Assembly: GCA_051294375.1 (NCBI GenBank)
Contig: CM119271.1
Location: 1,725,293 to 1,742,361 of the forward strand
DNA: 17,069 nt
Source: Paraspadella gotoi
Taxonomy: Eukaryota > Animalia > Chaetognatha
Direction: 5' to 3'
A model generated the notes under the pieces. That model was not told the origin of the DNA, searched no databases, and saw only the letters and a list, made by a program, of their open reading frames with translations. Of this stretch, positions 9,323 to 17,069 are shown piece by piece (the stretch's first letter is position 1; each line of letters starts with the position of its first letter). Position numbers and translations under genes: made by a program.

Positions 9323-10423
9323 TCACTATCCCAAAAAATTATTTTTGTCTATATTTACAATTAGTTGTTTTAAAACACTGCTCGGCGATAAATAAATAAT
9401 TTTTTTGCTCCGGCCGTAACTTCTAAAATTAGCGCTCGTTATTTATTCAGATCTCCCATTGTTTCATTGGCAATATTATTTCTCTGGCCTCTTATGATCT
9501 ACCCCAAAGATTAAGAGGCTCTGACTTGCTTTTCTTTCCTTTAGAAACAACACGAAGAGCTTAGTGATGATTTGGAAAAATGTTAAGTATTGTTATATTA
9601 TTAGTAAACTGTTAATACGTATATCACTTCATTTATTGTAAATCCAAGCACTTTGATAATTACAGACAAAACTGTGCGAGAGTATGATTGAAAGCTAGCA
9701 AGATATTGTTTTTGATATTATATTCATGAAATTGGTACAACCAATATTGAAACTATCCATTCATTTAATAGATATGTCGTCGGGATTTGCAACGACCGAT
9801 AAACATTCTCGTCGTTGATTTCGATCAGGCTATGGTGGGTTTAAGCTGCTATCCCTCTTACAAGTTAGTAACAATGCAGGACCCAGCAAACGTCCTATCA
9901 AGACTCTCTCAAAGGTCTAATTTATTATTAACTTTCATTGATTTTTATCTAAATTTTTCATAGTTGGGACGGGGAAGAAACTTTTCAACTTCCACCAATC
10001 AAACGACCAACCAACCAATTAAACGGACCCAACCAACTAATCAAACGACCAACCAACCAATCAAATGACGTAAACCCAACTTCATGTATCTCATTCCCCG
10101 AGTTATTCATTTCGTTTCGCCCGCTGTTCTTTTGTTAACATCTCGGTTCTTCTTGTTGTTTTCAGGCGCGACCGACCAGCCGTCGCTTCCCGTCGCTCGC
10201 TCCGCCTCCCACGTTCCACTTCGACGTTCCGAATTAAGGGGCGGCGGACGACGCATTTCGGCGGAATTTGGCCGACTAAAGCCGACAACTTCGACGCGCT
10301 CGTCGTATTATTTGACCGCCAACGGACGACGAATGGCAACGAGTTTCAAGGATGAGAAACTCGAATTAAGATGTTATATCTTTTTATATTTTAGAACTTC
10401 TAAAACGAGAACCTACAATAAAC

Positions 10424-10492
<69 letters not shown>

Positions 10493-10520
10493 TCTCCCCT
10501 CCTATTTTTTTACTCCCCTC

Positions 10521-10555
<35 letters not shown>

Positions 10556-10657
10556 ATTTTTCGCTCGGATATTTTTTCAGGCGAGGTTCCATGTTTTTCG
10601 TTTTTCGTCTGGCATCGATGTTTGCGTTTCGCTGTCATCGCGCGGAGTTCGCACGAG

Positions 10658-10696
<39 letters not shown>

Positions 10697-11278
10697 GAGA
10701 GAGAGAGCAGAGAGAGAGAGAGAGAGCTGCTGGGGTTGTAGAAGGGGTACCCGGCTGGAGAAAAGGGAGATGTCAGAGATGGGGATGGTGGCTGGGGACT
10801 GGGGACTGATCCAGGGCCGAAGTTACGCGGTAAGTTGTGTTAGGTTGAACGTCTCAACTAACTTGAAGTAATGGGTTCATGCGGGGTGAAGGTAGGAGAG
10901 GGTCGGAGAGCGAGAGAAAGAGAGGGAAAGAGGAGAGAGAGGAGAGAGAGAAGAGAGAGATGAGACGAGAGAGGAGAGACAGGAGGAGAGAGAGTAGCGG
11001 GGAGAGAGAGAGAGACAGAGAGAGCGGCGAATAATTGATTTCGTTCCCCCTTTGCAATTTTTTTTTAAATAAAAGGAAGGTAAAGGGAAAAAATGAAGTT
11101 AGTTGTATTAATTTTCATTTTACTTAGATTATAGGATTTCATTTAGCCTGAAAGCCAAGCAAATTATTTTTTTTCAGTCCAAAAGCTCGGCTTTCTTTTC
11201 AACACCGATTAATCCTAAATCTAAAAATTTGAAACAATAATTTTCTCCTCTCTCTCTCTCTTCTCTCTTTCTCTCTCT

Positions 11279-11315
<37 letters not shown>

Positions 11316-11320
11316 CTTTT
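9323..11320 (+). repeat. ~2-kb duplicated unit, copy A (probable assembly artefact)
   Basis: Near-identical to 12398-14326 and to the reverse complement of 14328-16184; starts TCACTATCCCAAAAAATT right after a 25-N gap. Confidence 0.93.
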
Positions 11321-11332
11321 TTTTTTCTCACC

Positions 11333-12372
11333 ACACACAAAATAAAAAAAGGTGAGAGGGAAGATTTTAGGCATGCTTTAGTCGTCGCTTTCGAAAATTG
11401 GTTCATTCTCCGCATAAGATGTTCCATTTCAATTATTTTTTTTCTTGTTTGCTTTTTGGGTTTGAAAAAGTCCATGGAATGTCCCTCTACTCTATCCAGA
11501 GGGATTTAGCGTTAAGTATTTTTCATCGTCGAGTATATAAAATTGTTACTCCTCGCAATTGTGGCGTGCTAACTCCCTCGAAGGGGAAGCTTAAAGAATT
11601 GGACCAAGCTTTTTTTCTTTTTTAATTATTTTTGTTTTAAAATAGCTTGCCAAAAGAGAACGACCAGAAGAAAAAAAAAATTGAAGATAAAAAAATCTTG
11701 AAAAAACTAATCGAGTTTTTAATGTGTTATTCTCTTCCTCGATTGTTTTATATTAACACAACTCAATATATTATTCGCTAATGCGCATATATTATAAAAA
11801 ACTTGGGCATTTGTCGACAGACGATATTTCTTCGACGACCCCCACGGCGTCTCTCTCCTCTTCTCTCTCTCTTCTCCTCTCTCTCTCTCTCTCTCTCTCT
11901 TCTCCTCCTCCTCTCTCTTCTTTTACCAAATCGCGGAATTTATTTATTTTTTTATAATATATCTAGTAGTAATTGAGTTGTGTTATATAAACATCGAGGA
12001 AGAGAAAACAATTTAAAAACTCGATATAGTTTATTCAAGTATTTTTTATCTTCAATTTTTTTTTCTTCTGTCGTTCTCTTTTGCAGCTATTTAAAAACTA
12101 AAAATAATTAAAAAAAAAAAACTTGGTCAAATTCTTAAAGCTCCTTCGAGAGTTTAGCAACGCCACAATGCGAGGAGAACAATTTATTAATACTCGACAT
12201 GAAAAAAATATTAACGCTAATCCCTCTGGATAGAGTAGAGGGACATCCATGGACTTTTTCAACAAAAACAAACAAGATATGAATGGAACATCTTATGCGA
12301 GAATGAACCAATTTTCGAAGCGACGACTAAGCTGCTAAATCTCCCTCCCATTTTTTTTATTTTTGTGTGTGT
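11333..12372. repeat. Fold-back inverted repeat, arms ~430-470 bp (probable chimeric read)
   Basis: 11333-~11800 is the reverse complement of ~11948-12372 with many single-base indels; the spacer contains a CT tract. Confidence 0.9.
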
Positions 12373-12397
12373 NNNNNNNNNNNNNNNNNNNNNNNNN
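12373..12397. other. Assembly gap (25 N)
   Basis: Run of N. Confidence 1.
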
Positions 12398-13499
12398 TCA
12401 CTATCCCAAAAAATTATTTTTGTCTATATTTACAATTAGTTTGTTTTAAAACACTGCTCGGCGATAAATAAATAATTTTTTTTGCTCCGGCCGTAACTTT
12501 AAAATTAGCGCTCGTTATTTATTCAGATCTCCCATTGTTTCATTGGCAATATTATTTCTCTGGCCTCTTATGATCTACCCCAAAGATTAAGAGGCTCTGA
12601 CTTGCTTTTCTTTCCTTTAGAAACAACACGAAGAGCTTAGTGATGATTTGGAAAAATGTTAAGTATTGTTATATTATTAGTAAACTGTTAATACGTATAT
12701 CACTTCATTTATTGTAAATCCAAGCACTTTGATAATTACAGACAAAACTGTGCGAGTAGTATTGATTGAAAGCTAGCAAGATATTGTTTTGATATTATAT
12801 TCATTGAAATTGGTACAACCCAATATTGAAACTATCATTCATTTAATAGATATGTCGTCGGGATTTGCAACGACCGATAAACATTCTCGTCGTTGATTTC
12901 GATTCAGGCTATGGTGGGTTTAAGCTGCTATCCCTCTTACAAGTTAGTAACAATGCAGGACCCAGCAAACGTCCTATCAAGACTCTCTCAAAGGTCTAAT
13001 TTATTATTAACTTTCATTGATTTTTATACTAAATTTTTCATAGTTGGGACGGGGAAGAAACTTTTCAACTTCCACCAATCAAACGACCAACCAACCAATT
13101 AAACGACCAACCAACTAATCAAACGACCAACCAACCAATCAAATGACGTAAACCCAACTTCATGTATCTCATTCCCCGAGTTATTCATTTCGTTTCGCCC
13201 GCTGTTCTTTTGTTAACATCTCGGTTCTCTTGTTGTTTCAGGCGGCGACCGACCAGCCGTCGCTTCCGTCGCTCCGCTCCGCCTCCCACGTTCCACTTCG
13301 ACGTTCCGAATTAAGGGCGGCGGACGACGCATTTCGGCGGATTTGGCCGACTAAAGCCGACAACTTCGACGCGCTCGTCGTATTATTTGACCGCCAACGG
13401 AAACGACGAATGGCAACGAGTTTCAAGGATGAGAAACTCGAATTAAGATGTTATATCTTTTTATATTTTAGAATTCTAAAACGAGAACCTACAATAAAC

Positions 13500-13568
<69 letters not shown>

Positions 13569-13597
13569 TCTCTCCCTCCTATTTTTTTACTCCCCTC

Positions 13598-13632
<35 letters not shown>

Positions 13633-13732
13633 ATTTTTCGCTCGGATATTTTTTCAGGCGAGGTTCCATGTTTTTCGTTTTTCGTCGGCATCGATGTTTT
13701 GCGTTTCGCTGTCATCGCGCGGATTACGCCAG

Positions 13733-13772
<40 letters not shown>

Positions 13773-14013
13773 AGAGAGAGAGAGCGAAGAGAGAGAGAGA
13801 GAGAGCTCTGGGGTTGTAGAAGGGGTACCCGGCTGGAGAAAAGGGAGATGTCAGAGATGGGGATGGTGGCTGGGGACTGGGGACTGATCCAGGGCCGAAG
13901 TTACGCGGTAAAGTTGTGTTAGGTTGGAGTCCAACTAACTTGAACGTAATGGGTTATGGGGGAAGGTAGGGAGAGGGTCGGAGAGCGAAAAGGAGAGAAG
14001 AGAGGGAAAAGAG

Positions 14014-14076
<63 letters not shown>

Positions 14077-14326
14077 AGAGAGAGGCGAATAATTGATTTC
14101 GTCCCCTTTGCATTTTTTTTAAATAAAAGAGTAAAGGAAAAATAGAGTAGTTGCTAATTAATCATTTTACTTAGATTATAGGATTCATTTAGCTGAAAGC
14201 CAAGCAAATTTTTTTTCAGTCCAAAAGCATCGCCTATCTTTTCAACCGATAATCCACTAAAATATGAAACAATAATTCTTTTCTCTCTCTCTCTCTCTTC
14301 TCTCTCTCTTCTCTCTCTTCTCTCTC
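12398..14326 (+). repeat. ~1.9-kb duplicated unit, copy B (probable assembly artefact)
   Basis: Same start base as copy A after an identical 25-N gap; 12398-14236 is the left arm of a large palindrome. Confidence 0.93.
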
Positions 14327-14327
14327 T

Positions 14328-14506
14328 TAGGCGATGCTTTTGGACTGAAAAAAATTTGCTTGGCTTTCAGCTAAATGAATCCTATATCTAAGTAAAATGA
14401 TTAATTAGCAACTACTCTATTTTTTTTCCCTTTATAACTCTTCCTTTTACTTTTATAAAAATAAATGCAAAGGGGAAACGAAATCAATTATTCGCCCTCT
14501 TCTCTC

Positions 14507-14581
<75 letters not shown>

Positions 14582-14818
14582 CTCTCCGTACCCTCTCTTC
14601 CTACCGTTCACCCCCCATAACCCATTACGTTCAAGTTAGTTGGACTTCAACTCACAACTTTACCGGCGTAACTTCGGCCCTGGATCAGTCCCCAGTCCCC
14701 AGCCACCATCCCCATCTCTGACATCTCCCTTTTCTCCAAGCCGGGTACCCCTTCTACAACCCCACTCTCTCTCTCTCGTCTCTCTCAGCTCTCTCTCTCT
14801 CTCTCTGCTCTCTCTCTC

Positions 14819-14862
<44 letters not shown>

Positions 14863-14956
14863 CTGGCGAATCCGCGCGATGACAGCGAAACGCAAAACAT
14901 CGATGCCGACGAAAAACGAAAACATGGAACCTCGCCTGAAAAAATATCCGAGCGAA

Positions 14957-14994
<38 letters not shown>

Positions 14995-15028
14995 TAGAGA
15001 GAGGAGGAGGGGATAAAAAATAGGAGGG

Positions 15029-15059
<31 letters not shown>

Positions 15060-15062
15060 TAG

Positions 15063-15097
<35 letters not shown>

Positions 15098-16184
15098 TTA
15101 GTTTATGTAGAAAGTTCTAAAATATAAAAGATATAACATCTTAATTCGAGTTTCTCAATCCTTGAAACTCGTTGCCATTCGTCCGTCCGTTGGCGGTCAA
15201 ATAATACGACGAGCGCGTCGAAGTTGTCGGCTTTAGTCGGCCAAATCCGCCGAATGCGTCGTCCGCCGCCCTTAATTCGGAACGTCGAAGTGGAACGTGG
15301 GAGGCGGAGCGGAGCGACGGGAGCGACGCTGGTCGGTCGCCGCCTGAAACAACAAGAGAAACCGAGATGTTAACAAAAGAACAGCGGGCGAAACGAAATG
15401 ATAACTCGGGGAATGAGATACATGAAGTTGGGTTTACGTCATTTGATTGGTTGGTTGGTCGTTTGATTAGTTGGTTGGTCGTTTAATTGGTTGGTTGGTC
15501 GTTTGATTGGTGGAAGTTGAAAAGTTTCTTCCCCGTCCCAACTATGAAAAATTTAGTATAAAAATCAATGAAAGTTAATAATAAATTAGACTTTGAGAGA
15601 GTCTTGATAGGACGTTTGCTGGGTCCTGCATTGTTACTAACTTGTAAGAGGGATAGCAGCTTAAACCCACCATAGCCTGATCGAAATCAACGACGAGAAT
15701 GTTTATCGGTCGTTGCAAATCCCGACGACATATCTATTAAATGAATGGATAGTTTCAATATTGGTTGTACCAATTTCATGATATAATATCAAAACAATAT
15801 CTTGCTAGCTTTCAATCAATACTCTCGCACAGTTTTGTCTGTAATTATCAAAGTGCTTGGATTTACAATAAATGAAGTGATATACGTATTAACAGTTTAC
15901 TAATAATATAACAATACTTAACAATTTTCCAAATCATCACTAAGCTCTTCGGCTGTTGTTTCTAAAGGAAGAAAAGCAAGTCAGAGCCTCTTAATCTTTG
16001 GGGTAGATCATAAGAGGCCAGAGAAATAATATTGCCAATGAAAACAATGGGAGATCTGAATAAATAACGAGCGCTAATTTTAGAAGTTACGGTCCGGAGC
16101 AAAAAAATTATTTATTTATCGCCGAGCAGTGTTTTAAAACAAACTATTGTAAATATAGACAAAATAATTTTTTGGGAGTAGTGA
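14328..16184 (-). repeat. ~1.85-kb duplicated unit, copy C, inverted (likely the true genomic copy)
   Basis: Begins TAGGCGATGCTTTTGG (reverse complement of 14221-14236), ends GGGAGTAGTGA, and runs without a gap into unique sequence at 16185. Confidence 0.92.
15570..15796 (+). mobile_element. Dispersed repeat fragment, unclassified (copy 2; also 9707-9936 and ~12785-13016 on the minus strand via the duplication)
   Basis: Diverged homologue of 2766-2963 with a longer central segment. Confidence 0.7.
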
Positions 16185-16390
16185 GGTAGTTTTTTTCACA
16201 GAGTCGAAATGTCATATAGAGAATTTCGAAGAAAACGGATAAATTAATGTTGTTTTTTTTTAAACCTATTTTGACACAAACTGTGAAGTAGATACGAACG
16301 CTTCGTATGACACAACACTTTTCTACTAAGTCTAAAAACAAAACAAGACAATCAAAACGCTTCATCATCTTATATTTTTGAGAGAAAAAA

Positions 16391-16420
16391 GGACAAGTAT
16401 GACAAGGACAAGTATGACAA
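16391..16420. repeat. Perfect 15-bp tandem duplication
   Basis: GGACAAGTATGACAA x2. Confidence 0.9.
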
Positions 16421-16513
16421 CGTCAATTTTAATTAAGAAACATCTGAGAATATTTACCGCGATCTATCTCCTTTCGGAATATATATCTTTTTTTTCCAAC
16501 AGGGGTTAGTCGT

Positions 16514-16890
16514 ATTCGGCCTTATTTTCCCAGAACGCCCGATTTGGAATTAGGTAAATTTTTTGAGTTAAAGATAAGGTTAAAGGTTAGGGCTGAAGTT
16601 TATGTTAGGGATTCGGTTAGTGATTAAGATTAGAGATGAGGTTATTAATTAAGGTTATGGCTTAGGGTTTAAAGTTAGGGCTTCGGGTTTAAGGTTAGGG
16701 CTTAGGTTTAGAAATAAAAGATAAGGTTTAGGGGTTAGAGATTTAGAATTAAGTCAAGATTTAAGATTTAGGATTAAGTTAGGGAATAGGTTACAGGTTA
16801 AAAAACAAATTTTAGTTTAATATTAAGGTTAAACTTAAATTCTGGGATAAACGTACAGAAATTGGTGACTGTCAGAAAAGAGAACCGAAT
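16514..16890 (+). mobile_element. Putative non-autonomous TIR element with degenerate (TTAGGG)n interior, copy 2
   Basis: Degenerate TTAGGG/TTAAGG array ~16550-16835, bounded by ATTCGGCCTTATTTTCCCAGAACGCCCGATTT and AAATTGGTGACTGTCAGAAAAGAGAACCGAAT (20/32 inverted identity by hand, terminal 6 bp perfect). Confidence 0.55.
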
Positions 16891-17069
16891 GTTCGCCTTT
16901 TCTTTTGCCAGAGAAAATAGTAAAAAAAAACAAACAAAAAAAAGTTTTTCTAAAACCCCGAAAATCCATTTCCTTATTAACTTAACTTATTTTTTCCCTT
17001 TTTTCTCCCTTTTTTGTTCTTTTTTTGTAAGAGGGTGGAGGGGGGAGAATCCAATTTTTGAAAAATTCC

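Noticed and set aside
10084-10809. 241-aa ORF in copy A
   Set aside because: Crosses CT and GA tracts and is not preserved in copies B and C (frame differs).
10781-10816. G-quadruplex candidate (GGGG..GGGG..GGGG..GGG)
   Set aside because: Two 9-nt loops make it marginal, and there is no supporting context.
11890-11925. Residual PacBio SMRTbell adapter (TCTCTCTCTTCTCCTCCTCCTC resembles its first half)
   Set aside because: The GTTGTTGTTG part is absent and the match cannot be told apart from CT low complexity.
16182-16203. TGAGGTAGT, the first 9 nt of let-7
   Set aside because: The rest diverges from let-7 and no complementary star arm is visible; expected by chance.

Overview
Non-coding, AT-rich eukaryotic (probably animal) DNA, densely packed with microsatellites ((GA/CT)n, (ATTC)n, (GAA)n, (ATT)n, (CAA)n, (TCG)n) and containing three assembly gaps. 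I recognise no protein-coding or RNA gene. Most supplied ORFs are read-throughs of simple repeats (LSLS/ERER/poly-E) or N runs. The right half is dominated by one ~1.9-kb unit present three times (9323-~11320 +, 12398-14326 +, 14328-16184 -) and a second fold-back (11333-12372). The copies differ mainly by single-base indels, and the two forward copies start at the same base right after identical 25-N gaps, so this is most likely a long-read gap-filling or chimeric-read artefact. Signals that look real: two diverged copies of an element with inverted termini and a degenerate TTAGGG interior, a 62-bp TA-flanked mini-MITE-like hairpin, a ~200-bp dispersed repeat at two loci, and several CpG-rich islets with promoter/enhancer-like motifs. 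I found no convincing new biological system; the TTAGGG-core element is the best lead.
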